Below, piece by piece: positions 31,640 through 44,848 of a DNA stretch of 64,000 bases. This stretch comes from Hyaloraphidium curvatum SAG 235-1 (Eukaryota; Fungi; Monoblepharomycota). Position 1 is the first letter of the stretch, and each line of letters starts with the position of its first letter. The notes below the pieces were generated by a model. That model was given only the letters and a program-made list of their open reading frames with translations, had not been told where the DNA came from and made no database searches. The DNA lies in the NCBI GenBank assembly GCA_025558095.1, contig JAIVFI010000022.1:1-64000 (forward strand), written 5' to 3'. A program made the translations under genes and the position numbers.

Positions 31640-33314
31640 GTCCTGCGGCCGTCGTCGTGGCTGGGATGGTGAGCAGGTGGTTCTCACCCTCCGGCCAGGG
31701 GGTGCTCTTCACGTCGCTCGTGACCTCGGCCGCCTGCCTGCTGCCGCGCGTCCTCGTCGGCCCGCGCTTCCCAAAGACGCCTGACGAGCTCTGCACCCCC
31801 GGTATCGCCCGCTGCTGCTCGAAGCGCACGGCCTTCTGCACCTCCCTCGCGCGCCAGCTGGCCAAGGTGCCCGCCGACGCCCGCCTGCACGTGCCGACCG
31901 CCCGCCGCGTGCTCTCCTCGCCGGTTTCGGGCGCCTCCCTGATCCTGATGGACCCCGCGCCCGCCGGCATGGTCGGCGGCTCCGAGGTCAAGGGCGCCAG
32001 CTCGAGCCGCCTGCTCGGTCGCCCGGCGCTACGCCTCGCTGCACGCCCTGCACTGGGGCGCGCCCGATTCCGCCGGCCTGCCGATCGCCGAGATTTCCGT
32101 GTCGCTCCGGGCGCCGGGATAGCGGTTCCAGTACCTAGGCCTGCGTCAGTGGGAGCCGGCGAGGGGACGCGTCGCGGCCCACCAAATCCCGCCGACGCCC
32201 TCGGCATCGTCGAAGGCCCGCACCGAGAGGCCCAGAACGTTCCGGAAGCGGTGGATCGTGTAGAGCCCCGCGACTTCGGCGCCGACGACGGCGACGTCCA
32301 CCTCGGTCGCTTTTGCCGCCTCCGGCGCTCATCTTCCCGAACTCGGCGGCCACGCCCCATGCCGCGCTGAAGGACACGCTCGCCGTCGTCGGCGTGGTCG
32401 ACGGGCAGCGCGGCACTGCGGGGAGGGCGGGGACCGGCGTGCGGGGGTGGTTCTCCGATCGCGGTTTCGGAAATGGGGTCGACGATTTCGGCGTGGAGGA
32501 TGTCTCGGGGGGAGGTCCCACCCGGCCCCCTGGAAACGCGATCGACACGACATCGCGCCGCGAATACGTGACGGCTGCCGTCGCCTCTCGGCCGCCCGTG
32601 GCGCCATTTGGCTCTCCTGCCTCCCCGGGCGCGGGCCTGCTCCTGTCGGGCCTCCTCCTCTTCATGCCCAAGGCCTCCCCCCTGACGCTCTCGCTGGACC
32701 TCGCCTCGCCCTCCCCCACCGTCGACGTGCCCGTCTCGCGCGCCGGGCTGTCCGCCGCCGTGTGGACCGCCGTCTCGGTATGGCAGCGCGTGGCGTTCCC
32801 CCTCTGGGAAGGCAGGCTGGCCGCCGACGAGGACCCCGAGGGCGAGCTGCTCCGCGAGGCCACGTCCACCGGGGACGAGGTGCGCGTGGGCAAGGTGTAC
32901 GGGTTCACGTGTCTGCCCGTCGGGGGGGACGCGGTGCTCAGCATGCCGGACCGGCCGGGCGGGGAGGAGGCGGTGCAGGTGGCCTACCTGGACGTGCAGG
33001 TGTCGTTCTGGGATTACCGGCCCGCGGGAGGGGAGGGCGGCGCGGCAGAGACGAGCACGCTGCTGGCGACCGTCGTCAGGGTGGTGCTGGACCGGAACCG
33101 CAGGCCGGCGAGGTTCGGGATCGATGGCGGGCGAGGGGTGGAGGCCGTCAGAGGGACCGCGGGGACGGACAAGGACGGGACGGGGATCTACGACGAATTC
33201 GACGTCGGAGAGGCGGGCGACGATGGGGAGGAAGACGACGAGCTCGAGATCGAGGACGCTATGGGCGGGGACGGCGGTGAGGACAAGGAAGACCGACCGA
33301 AGGGAAAGCTCTGA
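31640..33314 (+). CDS. Hypothetical protein or gene remnant (exon structure unresolved)
   Basis: Strong GC3 in frames 31609-32370 and 32313-33314; acidic C-terminus; no recognised motif. Confidence 0.4.
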
Positions 33315-33380
33315 ATCCCACGTCGCGCGATACAGTAGAGATCGTCCGATAGATGAGATCGCCGGATACACGCCCGCTCG

Positions 33381-35884
33381 CTAGTCCCGGATCGACGCGT
33401 ACATGGCCCGGAGGTCCTTGTCGAACTTGTCCTTGAGCGCGGACCGCTTGTTCTTGAGGCTCGCGGTGATGAGGCCCTCCTCGACGGTGAAGGCGCCGGG
33501 GTAGAGAACGATCGCCTGTGGGGTACCCGACGGGAGGGGTTCCGTCAGGTCTGATGGAACTGATCGGTCTCCCGCACGCAACCCACCTTCGGGATTTCGT
33601 ACCCCAGCAGCCCGTTCGCCTTGCCCACCGCCGCCACGTCCTCGTACACCTGCGCCACCAGCTCCGGGTCCGCGCACAGTTCCACCAGCCCGCCCGTCTT
33701 GCCCTTGGCCTTGCCCCACGCCAGCACCCGCTCCGGATCGGGCGCGAGCACGGCGACCAGCCACCGCTGGACGATCTCGCCATAGACAAAGGCCTGCGCG
33801 AGCCACGGGCTGCGCATCAGGATCGTCTGCCGGGCGACGGGCGGTGGTGAGCGGCAACCTCGTCGGCAAGCCGGTCCGCCGCCCACCTCGATCTTCTCGG
33901 GCGCCACGAACTCGCCCTGGTTCAGCTTGAACACGTTCTTTGCCCGATCGATGATCCGGAGGGTCCCGTCCGGCAGCAGCTCCGCCACGTCGCCCATCGC
34001 CAGCCAACCCTCCCTGTCCACCGTCTCGGCCGTCTTGCTTGGCTCCTTGTAGTACCCGGCGAACACGTTCGGCCCGCGGACGAGGATCTCGCCGCGCGGG
34101 TTGGGGCGGTCGGTCGCGCGGTAGCCGAGCTCGGGGACGTCGACGAGCTTGACCTCGAGGTAGGAGTAGGGGATGCCGACGTTGGAGCCGTGGGGGGTGT
34201 AGGGGTTGCGGGAGCCGGTGGTGGAGGTGACTGCGGGCGCGGCGGGAGGTCAGCTGGCCCGGTTCGGGGCAACGCGCCGGCGAGGCTCACTGGCGGAGCC
34301 CTCGGTCTGGCCGAACGCCTCGATGAACGGGCAGCCAAAGACGATCTGCGCGGCGCGCGGCAAGGATCAGTAGCCGCGCGTCGCGCGAGCCCCGCAGCAA
34401 CCCACCCGGCCAAACTCGAGCGCGTTGACGTCCACCGCCGCCGCCCCCGCGGTGATGTACCGCACCTTCCCCCCCAGCAGCGCCTGCATCCGCCCAAACA
34501 CCTTCTGGTCCCACTCCGTCTCCCTCGTCACGATCCCCTGCCCCAGGAGCAGCTTCCGCTTGGCCGCGTACGCGGCGTCGAACGCCCCCTTGACCTGCGG
34601 CCCCTGCGCGTCCACCATGGCCTTGATCTGCCCCACCACACGGTTCAGGATGCGCGGGACCATGACCAGCACGGTGGGCTTGGCGGCCTGCATGTCGGGG
34701 AGCAGGTCCGCGACGTTGCCGGTGCCGAACGCGATCCGCAGGCCGGCGTACATCATGCTCCAGCTCGCCAGGCGGTCCGCGGCGTGAGCCGAGGGGAGGT
34801 AGCTGAACCACGTGTCGGACGGGCCGATGGTCCAGCCGGGGTCGCTGCCGAAAACGTGCATGGCGAAGGTGATGTTGCCGTGGGTCAGGATTGAGCCCTT
34901 GGGGTTGCCGGTCGTCCCCGAGGTGGAGATGATGGAGAAGGGCGCCGAGGGGTCCGTGACCGGGGTGATCGGGGCCGGGGAGCGGGCGCCGAGCGAGACG
35001 AGGTCCTCGAACCCGTGGAGGGCGATCCCGGCGGCGGTGGCGGCCGCGCGCTCGGCATCCGTGGGGACGTGACCGACGATGACGAGGTGCGCCACGGTGG
35101 GAGTCTTGTTCTCGGCCTTGAGGCGGATCATGCGGGCGAGGTTGACCTGGGAGAGGACGACGATGGGGAGCTCACACATGTTGACGATGTGGAGCGTGAA
35201 CTGGTCGTCTGTAACAGGCGCGGCGGGGGTTAGCGAAGCGGGACGAGAGCCAGCAAGAAGAACGCCTACCTCCGGTCACGTAGAGCGGAACCGAGACGTA
35301 GTTGTATGCCACGCACGCCAGGTCGGCCGTGTACCACTCGGGCGAGTTTCCCAGCATGATCCCGACCATGTCCTTGGCCGAGCGGAGCCCGAGCTTCAAG
35401 AGCCCCGAGCCGAAGCCCTTTGCCCGGGTCTCGGCGCTCTCCCAGGACTCGTAGACGTAGTCCGAGCCACGCTTCACCCCAAACAAGTCCGCCGAGGCGC
35501 CGGCGATCGTCTTGCCACGCTGGAAGCCCTCCCACATGGTCTGTGGCTTGCCGGCCTTGTCGCGGTTCCATTGCACGGGGCCATCGGGGGTTGTGCTGTG
35601 GTGCGAGGGATGGGAGACACCGGGGGAGGCAGGGCCGGTTGACGGGTCCGGAGCGCGAGCAGGGCCATCGAAAGGGTCGGAATAGGCGAATCGCGAGCAG
35701 AAAATGAGAATCGGGCGGCTCGAGGAGGCGCGGAGACCCACAGGCTGCGGATGATGCCCGATTCGCCGGCCTTTTGCGGCGGCAGCACCAGCGCGAGCTT
35801 CCGCGCGCCGGCCTCGCGGACGCGGGCGACCTCCTCGGGCGAAAAGGCCCCGGGGTTGGCATCGACCTGCGCGAGCGTCGTCAT
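33381..35884 (-). CDS. Long-chain-fatty-acid--CoA ligase (ACSL/FAA family), multi-exon
   Basis: STSGTTGNPKG, SYLPSAH, EAFGQTE, GEILVRGPNVFAGYYK, GWLAMGDV, IIDRAKNVFKLNQGEFVAPEKIE; several short introns. Confidence 0.92.
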
Positions 35885-36068
35885 GGCCGCGGTGCGCTCT
35901 GCGGGAGAGGGGTGTTTGCGGGGCGGCCCTGAGTGCGCAAGGACTCCCCAGTCTGGCGGCGCGCAACCTTTGGGGCGATCCGACACCGGAGGCAGGTAGG
36001 ACCCGTCGGGGCCCGCGGGATGCAGGTCACGGCTTGATGTATCAAGTGCTGAGGTGCTTCGGGCCGCT

Positions 36069-36192
36069 GCTGACCATGGGCGGGGCCGGGAACTCCGGGG
36101 GCCGCGAGCTTCACATGCCAATACGGTCAATACGGGCGATGCGGGAGTCGCGAGCCCGCCGGGTACGGACCTCAGTGATCTTCGCCTTTCGG
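36069..36192 (-). promoter_or_regulatory. Dispersed upstream element with CATGTGAA box, copy 2
   Basis: Homolog of 2780-2882; TTCACATG at 36110-36117; ~185 bp upstream of the ACSL ATG, in the same relative orientation as copy 1. Confidence 0.45.
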
Positions 36193-36335
36193 CAGATGGA
36201 CGAGTCACTCTTCGACCCGTAGGCGCCCGCTTTCGGGCGGGCGCCCGGAACGTGCAGCTTAGCCCGGTGGAGAAGCGAGACTCAGTTCGGCACAGCACGG
36301 GAGAATAAAAGCGCCAACGGAGACCGACCGATCCC

Positions 36336-36355
36336 CAGACCAGACCAGACCAGAC
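36336..36355 (+). repeat. (CAGAC)4 microsatellite
   Basis: Direct reading of the sequence. Confidence 0.85.
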
Positions 36356-36361
36356 CACAGC

Positions 36362-37235
36362 ATGAACGCACCACCCTCCTTTGCTCCGTGGTGGCCTGCT
36401 CAGCGGGGCCTTCCCACACTCCGCGAGCTGGCGTTCCGCGCCGCCAACGCCGCGTGGACCCGCGAGAACCGCCGGCCGGGCTCGCTCTCGTCGCGGCCTG
36501 GGTTTCGGGAATGGCTGCGCCAAACGGGACTCGTCCCGCCCCGCTGTTACGAAGACGTCGCGCCGGATGTGGGAGCGGTGCGCGTGGTGGTGGAGTCGTG
36601 GTATTGGACCTGCCACTGTCAATTCGCCGAGGAGTCCGTGTCGCGACTGCCAGGTTGCGGCCCTCCCCGGGCCCAGGGTCTTCCGCTTCCCGGAGTTCTC
36701 GACGCCGCACGACATAATGGAGGCCCTGGCAAGGTCCCGTTTTGGCCATGGACATCATTGCTACAGGCGCTACCGCTGTGACGGATTGGAGCGCTACTTC
36801 GCAAGCGACTGGGGTCCGACCGTCCGCATTGCCGCCAACGGCGATTGCAGAGGTCTTCGGGTCCCCCCCCGGGGATTCGACACGCCCGTGGTCAGTCTCG
36901 CTCGCCGGGCCGCGCTGCCTTTGGAACGGGGCCTTGTGGTTGGGGTGTGGTTCCGCAAGTGCAAGCAGGACCGCGAGGAGGACGAGGCCTACGAGAGATA
37001 CCTCGACAGCGCCGCGGGAGAGCTCGAGGAGGTGGTGGAGATACGCGAGGAGGAAGAGCGGATGTGTTCGAGATGGAAGGCGCCGAAGGCGGTCAAAGAG
37101 CGTCCCTGGCTTCGGGTTGAGAAGGGACGGCCCACGAAGTCTCGGAACGGTCGTCACAGGGCACGGGCGGAACACCGCTCCGACTGCCGGCGCGGCGCTT
37201 GGGATGGATGGGACCACGAGGTGCCAATGTTGTAG
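36362..37235 (+). CDS. Hypothetical protein, probably frameshifted
   Basis: Coding-like sequence switches from frame 36362 to frame 36381. Confidence 0.35.
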
Positions 37236-37336
37236 TTCCCAATGTACCACGTACCGAAAGCGTCCCGCTTCTCCGTGTGCGTGACCCGGTCGGGACGTCT
37301 CAACCGACCGCACAGCAGCCAAGCGCCACCTCCGTC

Positions 37337-38500
37337 ATGTCCTCCTTCGGCCCGTCGGGGGACGCCTTTGGCGTCACATCTGAAGCTGTTCCTTCGCTGC
37401 TCGGTGCGACCGGCCCCGGAGTCAGCGCGGAGGAGCCGTCCGTCGAGGCTGCTGCGGCCCCAGCCCGCCCCCGCGCAGCGACGGCACCACTTTCCGGAGG
37501 GACCACAGACCCAGTGTTTCCGGAAGGCATGTAGACGCACGATTCGGACTCGAATTGGGACTCGGAGCCCCCTTCACCGGCCAGCCCGGACAGCCCGGAA
37601 CCGCTCCCACCCGAAGTCCCCGCTCTGCTCGAGCTCTGCATCGGGGAGCTCTACCTGCGGTGGTGCCGCGAGACGCGCCCCTCCCACGCGTCGGGTGATG
37701 GCCCCGGGGTTGCGTTCGGATCGTGGCTTTGCCGCATGGGTGCGCCGGCCAGCGCGTGCAGGACGCCGCAGGCGGCGGGGCCGGTGATCCAGCCCGAATG
37801 GGGATTCGCGGACACGGTGCCGGCGTGGAACACGCTGGCAACCCCTAGAATGATCCTTTCCCACCTCGTCGCGGATTGGGCCCCGGGGAGCGCCGTCGCC
37901 ATTGCAATCCGCATTGGGCGTTCCCAACCCCACGTCGTTCCGCCACAACACCTCGACGTTCCCCTCTACAAAAACGTGCCGCCTCTCTTGAGAAACCTGC
38001 CAGGCGCGGGCGGCGACTGGCATGCGGAGAAGGGGGTAACTTACCTTGCTACCGAACCTCTGGGAGCGTCGGGGTCCGCGCCACGAGAGCGCTCGTGGGC
38101 CGAACTGATCTTGATGTCCCAGCTCAGCGATCACGACGCGGCGCCGTTCTGGGGCGGAGCGGCCATTGTTCCGATGCACCGCCTCCGGATTCCCGGCGGG
38201 CTCCCCGACCGTGCCCTCCGGGCCGCGGAGGCCCTGTGGCGGGCGGCAACGGAATCCCCGCCCGACGCAGTATTCCGATCGTTCCAATACTGGCTCCTTG
38301 AGAACAGTGTGCCGGCCTGTGCGTTTCCTTCGCGGCCGGATCGGAATTGGGGGCGTCCTGGGCCCGGACGCGCCGCTGAACGGTCTGTGGGGCCGGGAGA
38401 GTGGGGCGAGTAGCCTGACGGATCCCGTCGAGTGGTAGTGGTGGGGGGGACGGCTCGATGGTGCGCGGGATGCTGCCCTGGCTCGCCGGACCGGGCAGGT
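37337..38500 (+). pseudogene. Disrupted orphan-family gene, paralog of 43294-44571
   Basis: QPEWGFADTVPAWNTLATPRMILSHLVADWAPG..LDVPLYK aligns with EPQWG..DTMVFWNALATPRTILAHLAEDWAPG..LDVPLFK; stops and frameshifts on both sides. Confidence 0.6.
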
Positions 38501-38825
38501 TCCGTACGGCGATAGCCCTGATCATGTGCGGCTACGGCCCGCCGTTCCGTCGGCATGCCCGAGGGGCTCTTCGGGACGCCGCTGCCCGCGCTCGCCGCGG
38601 ACGCTCGTCTTCCCCTGGAAAGCGGGATGATAGGTCGTCGGATGGTGATCGGCATGCTGCGGATGTCGAGGAGGGCGCGGGGAAGGTGGGCCGCCGGCGG
38701 AGGTGGCAGAGCACGGCGGACGACACGTCAGAAAAGGGGGCCGGCGGTGCATGCTAAAGATGCCTCTTGATTCGACACGCGCTACTATACAATCTTCCTT
38801 GTTGCAATCCATGCTCTTCCCGCGG

Positions 38826-41800
38826 CTACTCGGTCGTGTCCATCGCCTCGGCTTCGCCACGCCCCTTGCCCGACTTCCAGTCGTCTATCTTTTGCTTCAG
38901 TTCCGTATCTGCGGGACAAACGATGGCATGAACCGGAGCACGCCAGGTCCACGACGCCGACACCCACTCGGTATGACGTCCTCGTACTTGAGCGGCTGCC
39001 TGTTGAACGGGTCGTGCGCGTCGCTCAGCAGGTGCGACCGAATCGTGGTGCGGTCCACGGTCGTCTTGGAGCCCGGCAGGATGACGGGGTCCGACATGAG
39101 CGTGAACATGATGGGATCTGGCGGGTGCAGGCGGGTTGAGCGACTGCGAACCGCGGGCGGGGACCGTCACCCACCCAGGAACTCGTCCGGCACCTCCCCC
39201 AGGTCCTCCTCCGCCGCCGTGTCGTGCTTGGACACCGACTCCACTCGCGCCACGAACGCCGCCAGCGTGTCCGCATCCTCCCTCTTCAGCAGGTTGTTGC
39301 GCATCAGGATCGACGCGGCGCGGTCGAAATGCCGCTTGTGGTACGACCGCCCGTCGCGCGCCACGGCCTGCACGAACTCGTCCCGGTGCTCGAGGTGGAG
39401 GTAGGTCCGCACGAGCTCCGACAGCATCCGCTTGGGGTCGAACCGGTACTTCTGCGGGTTCTGCACCTTGAGCTCCGTGCACCGCGGGCCCACCAGCGCG
39501 GCGAGGTTGAAGTCCATCATGGCCGCCAGCCGGTCGACCACCTCGGGCGCCATGAACGGCCCGACGATGGCGGCCTCGGCCGTGAGGTACTGCAGCATGT
39601 GCAGGGTCTCGTTGCCCAGGGAGAGGTACGACGTGGCGGCACGCTCGTCCGTGCGAAGGGCGGCCTCGCGCTCCTGCCGATGCTGCTGCGGCTTGGCGGC
39701 GAAGGAGGGGTCGGCCATCTCGAGCTGGATGGCGCGGATCTCGGCGAGCTTGGTGAGCGACTCGTCAAGGAGGAAGGTGGTGTCGTTCATGAGCAGATTG
39801 ACGAAGCGGACGAAGAAGTCGTGGTTCCTAGCAAGGCGGGTGAGATCGGGTCGACGTGGTCGGCGCCGCGAGGACCCACTGCGACACCTCGATCATCCTC
39901 TCGCGCTGCTCGCGGATCTCCCACACGGCCTTGAGGATCTGGCTGATGTTGTACCGGATGTTGAACTTGTCGTAGAACTGCGAGTGCATGCCCGTCTGCT
40001 CGACGTCTGTGGGGAACAAGGAACGACATGTGTCAAATCCGCGCCGGATCCGACGTCGCCCGAGTCCACCCACCGACGTAGAACCTCGTCAGCACCTCGA
40101 TCAGCTTCCTCCTCGACAGCGGGTGCGACGAAAACACGCCGTCCAGCCGTCCCACGGGCCGCCCCTGGGCGTCGCGGTACATGGGGAACGTGAAGGAGAA
40201 GAGCACCTCGACGAGCTTGGCCTTGAGGTACGGGTTGCGGACCAGGTGGGCGTTGGAGAGCACGACGAGGGCGAAAGTGACGAAGGGGTCGATGGGGTGG
40301 TGCTCGAAGAGGTGGAGCTGGTACCTGTGGATCATCACACCGATTGCCGTCAGGACAGACCGTCCGACCGCCCGCCCGGACGACCCACCTGGTCAGGAAC
40401 GTGTACCACTCGCACACGTCCTCCACCATCCACTCGGGCAGCGCCTTCCACCTCCCGTCCGGCTCCCCCAGCTGCTCCAGGTCCACCCCCCCGACCTTGG
40501 TCTCCCCCCCGCGCATCACCCTCCCCCAATCCACCCCGTCGACCTTGCCCCCGCACGCCTCGGCGGCGACCCGCAGCAGCCACGCCATCTCAAAGTCCAG
40601 GAACCGCAGCACCCGCCCCAGGAACTCAGGGTCCAGCAGCGCCGCGTCGCTCGCCAGCTTCTCCGCCGTCATCTTGTCCAGCTGCCCCTCGAACCGCGCC
40701 AGCATCGCCTGCGAGATCGCTGCGGTGTTGCCGCCCCAGGCACCGGAATCGCGCTCCCGGCGGAGGCGGGCCACGTGCCGCGAGAGCTCCGCGGTGTCGC
40801 GGACCTGCCCCTGGTACGCCCTCAGCGTCGAGAGCGGGCCCAGGTGGGCGAGCGCGAGGGCGAGGTGGAACGCGAGGGTGACAAAGTGCGGCGGTTCTCT
40901 TGGCCCGGCGGCCTCGAGCTGCGCGAGGTAGGCGTCGGCCGAGGGCTGGTCGAACACGATCCGCGTGGCCTGCGAGGTGAGCTGGCGCCACCCCGGGTCC
41001 GCCACCGGGTACCCCGGGTCCGGCACCGAGACCTTGGCCATCCCGCCCGTGAAGGGCTCGCAGATGCGGAGCAGGGCGCGGTACCACGCGTACAGGAAGC
41101 CGTGCGAGGAGACGGTGGCGGGGTCGTGCTGCAGCCGGCCGCGGGGGGCGTTGGCGGCGAGGATGCGGAGGAGGTGCGCGGTGAGCTGCGGACGGGCCTG
41201 GCGGAAGAGGGCGAGGAGGATGGAGTGGTGGTTGTTCTGTGGGGTATCCCGAAGCGAAGGACGGTCAGCTCGCTGAGCACACCTCCAGCAGGTCGAGCCC
41301 CACCTCGAGGGCCTGCATCGCCTGCCTCAGGTTGGCCCACGCGACCTTGACGTCCCCCGCGTTCCTCCCCTGCCACACCACCCCCATCGCGTCCGCCTCG
41401 CCCCCCTCGCCGACGCCGATCCCCCCCGCCGAGAACATCAGCTTGGCCACGTCGGGGTCCGAGTCCGGGAACACGCTCAGCCGGCCGAACGCCGGGCCCA
41501 GGAGGGAGAGCACCTCGATCAGCCTCGCGTTCGGGGGGTCCGGGTCGAACGCCGGGTGGTTTGTGAAGGCGGCGGCGAGGGCGGGGTGCGCGAGGAGCGT
41601 ACCCAGGGCGGCGAAGAGCGGGGGATGCTCGAGCTTGCCCGTGGCGAGGGAGGGGAGGGCGCGGAAGCGGCCGCTGAGGGAGGAGAAGACGGGGCGGAAT
41701 AGGGAGGAGAGGTTCTCAGCGGCCGAGGAGGCCGATATGAGGTCCGTGAGGAGGCCGTCGGGGAGGGTGGAGGCGAGGAGGGCGTCGAGGATGGCGATCG

Positions 41801-42859
41801 GGCCGAGCGTTCGTCCTCTGTGGGCCAAAACGAAATGTGGGAGACCGTCAGAAGCGAACGCTTCAGACGCCCCCGGCCGACGACCCACCTCTCGTTCTGC
41901 ACGACCATGTCCCCCATGTCCGGGTCCAGCGCCAGCACCGCCCACCGCGCGACAATCTCCCTCGCCCTCTCCACCGGCTCGGCCCTCTCGGCCACCTGCG
42001 CTGCGCTCCCGGGGTTCTCGGCCAGCACCTGCGCCAGCTTCCGCCTGTGCCCCGTCAGCCGCGCGTAGCATCCGGCGAGGTACTCGAACGCCGTCTCGGG
42101 CTGGTCGGCGTTGGAGGGGAGGGAGAGCCGCGAGACCAGGGCGGGTTCGAGCGTGTCGAGGGACAGCTCGGGGGAGCCTATTTCGTCCTTCAGACCGGGG
42201 AGGTAGGTTGTGCCCGACGGAGGGTTGGGCTCGAGGGAGACGGCGAGGGAGGAGGCGAGCACGCGGGCTAGGAACTGCGAGACGGGGAGGAGAAGCACCG
42301 CCGGCGGGCCGTCCTTGGGCTTAGCGGGGGCCGAGACGGTGGAGCGGGGTGGGCCTGAGACGGCCTGCCGTGCGGGGCCTGGGTCCGAGGCGGTGGTTTT
42401 CGGGGGTGCGGGGGCGGGCAGCGAGCGGGCGGTGGCGGGAGGCGGCGCCGGCACCGGCTTCACCGCCGTGGTGGAGGCCGTGGAGGTCACCGACGTCATC
42501 GACGAGGAGGCAGCAGCAACCGCCGTCAGATCCGACCGCTCCGGCTGCTCGACGTTGGCGGCCGTCGCGTTCGAGTCCGTCGACTCGTTGGAATCGCTGT
42601 TCTTGGGCGGCTTGGCCTCGGCGTCCGCATCGGCTGCACCGCCGGCCGGCTGAGAGCCCTGCTGCAGTTTGGCGAGCCGCTTCTGGCGGGCCTGCGGGGG
42701 GAAAGTGTGAGAACGCGGTCGACTGCAGGGCCGGCAGCGGGGGCCGGCACGCCAGATCCGCCGACTGGGCGGCCCTCCACCCTCCTAAACGCCCTCTTAA
42801 ACTGCAGTTAAGCGACTCACCCGCTCGCGCTGGGCCTTCTCGGCCTCGGTGAGGTCCAT
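38826..42859 (-). CDS. UFD2: Ubiquitin conjugation factor E4 (U-box), multi-exon
   Basis: [55 protein letters not shown]-box [43 protein letters not shown]. Confidence 0.95.
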
Positions 42860-43293
42860 CGCTATCCGCCGCGCGACGCGTCGGTCGCGGACCCGGCAAA
42901 CGGAGAGGGCCGCCCGGACGCCGCCCGCGAGAACGCGGCGCGGAAAAGGAGAAACCCGATGCGGCGCGCGAGAAACGCGGCGCGGCGGCGGGGTTTCAAA
43001 TGCGCCGGGGGCGGCGGGAAAGGTTGGCGCGTCGGCCGCTTCGCTGGCAGCCGCTACTTGGGCAGAGGCGTCAGGCTTCACGACGCCCGGCACACAGGCC
43101 AAGGATGGCAAGAGGGGAAGACATCCATCGCGGTACCTCTGGATCTTGGAATGCCGGCCCAGGTTTGAGAAGGCTCGCAGCCAGGACTCTCAACTCGAGT
43201 ACCTCGGGTCTCAACTGACTGCGGCGCCGATGTCATCCGCGTCTTCTGAAAGAAGATATGAAGATCGGAGGCCGTGTGGAGTAAATCATTCAA

Positions 43294-44571
43294 CTAGTCC
43301 AACAACGTGCGGTCATCTCCGGGTCCGTCCGCTTCCGCCTCGTGCCCTTCATTCTCGTTCCAGTCAACCTCATCCCCGCCAAATGCGTCCCCGTCGAGCT
43401 CGTCAGGATCATCCCCGCCATCCCAGCCGTGCGGACCTACCCCAGCGGCCGCCCATTCGGCCAGCTGCCGGGCCCGGAAGTGCTCCCACTCGCTCTGGGG
43501 CAGCTGCCACGCGTCCCGCGGGTTGCCCAAGTAGACCGTGCCCCTGTCTGCGTGAGCTTCCGCCGCCGTGATGACAATGACCCCGACCCGGATATTGCGC
43601 AGACTCTCGCCGTCCCTGAGGTGTTTCCCGAGTCCGTCAATCGTTGCGAAGAGCGGCTCATCCGGATCTTGAACCGGTAGTGCGCAGCAGGCCGGTTGCT
43701 GTGTCTCGTCCCGGAACCAACCATCGACGCGCCTTTCCCACCTCAGACAGACGAACCAGTCGTGGCGATCCATTCTTCCCGCACTACCAGTGAGGATCAT
43801 ACGCGGCGTCTCCCAGGAGTTCCACTCGCTTGGGGTTTCCGAACCGGATCCGGATCCGAAAGCCCGCGTGCACCGAATGATTTCGTCCATGGCTGGGTAC
43901 GAAGGATATACACAGGGCGGGACACCGCGCTGGTGGAGCCAGGCTGTGAATCCACGACACGATACGGGCTTCGCGATTCTGCACCACAGGACATACGAGG
44001 CCCGGAGGGCGCCTACGGCGAGTCCGCCGGGCCGCTTTGCGTCGTCCCAAGGGCGGATCGCGCCTCCCTCGGAGTCCAATCCTCCTTGGGCCTAATAGCA
44101 AATCCGGTCCTCCACCTGCCACTTCTGACGGAATCTGTCGTCCGGGCGGGTCCTTCGAAAAAGGTCCGGCGCGGCCTTGAAAAGGGGAACGTCCAGGTTC
44201 TCAGCCTGAACGACGTGTGTCTCCCCCGTCGCCCGCGCGGCGCACCAACGTTTCAAGGCGACGGCATGCAGGTTTCCCGGTGCCCAGTCCTCCGCGAGGT
44301 GGGCAAGTATCGTCCTCGGTGTGGCGAGAGCGTTCCAGAACACCATTGTGTCCTTCACGTTCCTTTGTCCCCATTGGGGCTCAACCGGCGGGCCCCAGGA
44401 CGGCGGCGGCCGGCAGACGCCCGCCGGGGCGCCCAAGGAGCGAATCCACTTTTCGAACGCCTTCCCTGGTCCATAGAGGCGAAGCACGGTGTAAAGACCG
44501 TGGCGTTTTGGGAAGCCCACCTCGAGCGGCCACTCCTCGCACTTGTTCACCACGGTCCGAACCAGATCCAT
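43294..44571 (-). pseudogene. Orphan-family gene with a single in-frame TAG (44092-44094)
   Basis: ORFs 44092-44571 and 43294-44079 are in the same frame; ICY*A aligns to VTYLA in the paralog. Confidence 0.6.
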
Positions 44572-44848
44572 GGTCGAGTCGCATGCCCGCCACCATCACC
44601 CGTGCTCTCCCGTTCCGAACGAGCCGCTCGAAATCTCCAGGCTCAACCGCGTTCATTCAATCAAGAACCAATCCATTTTGCAAGAGTCATGCCGCCATCG
44701 TACCTTCCTCCCAGGATCCCGTCACGCTTTGTCCCCCTCGACGGCGTCGGTCACGGATCCGTGACGCACGTACCGCCCAGCAAAGCGAAAAGAGAAAACG
44801 GGACGAGGTCGAAAAGACCAATGTCGATCATTCAATGCAAAATATACA

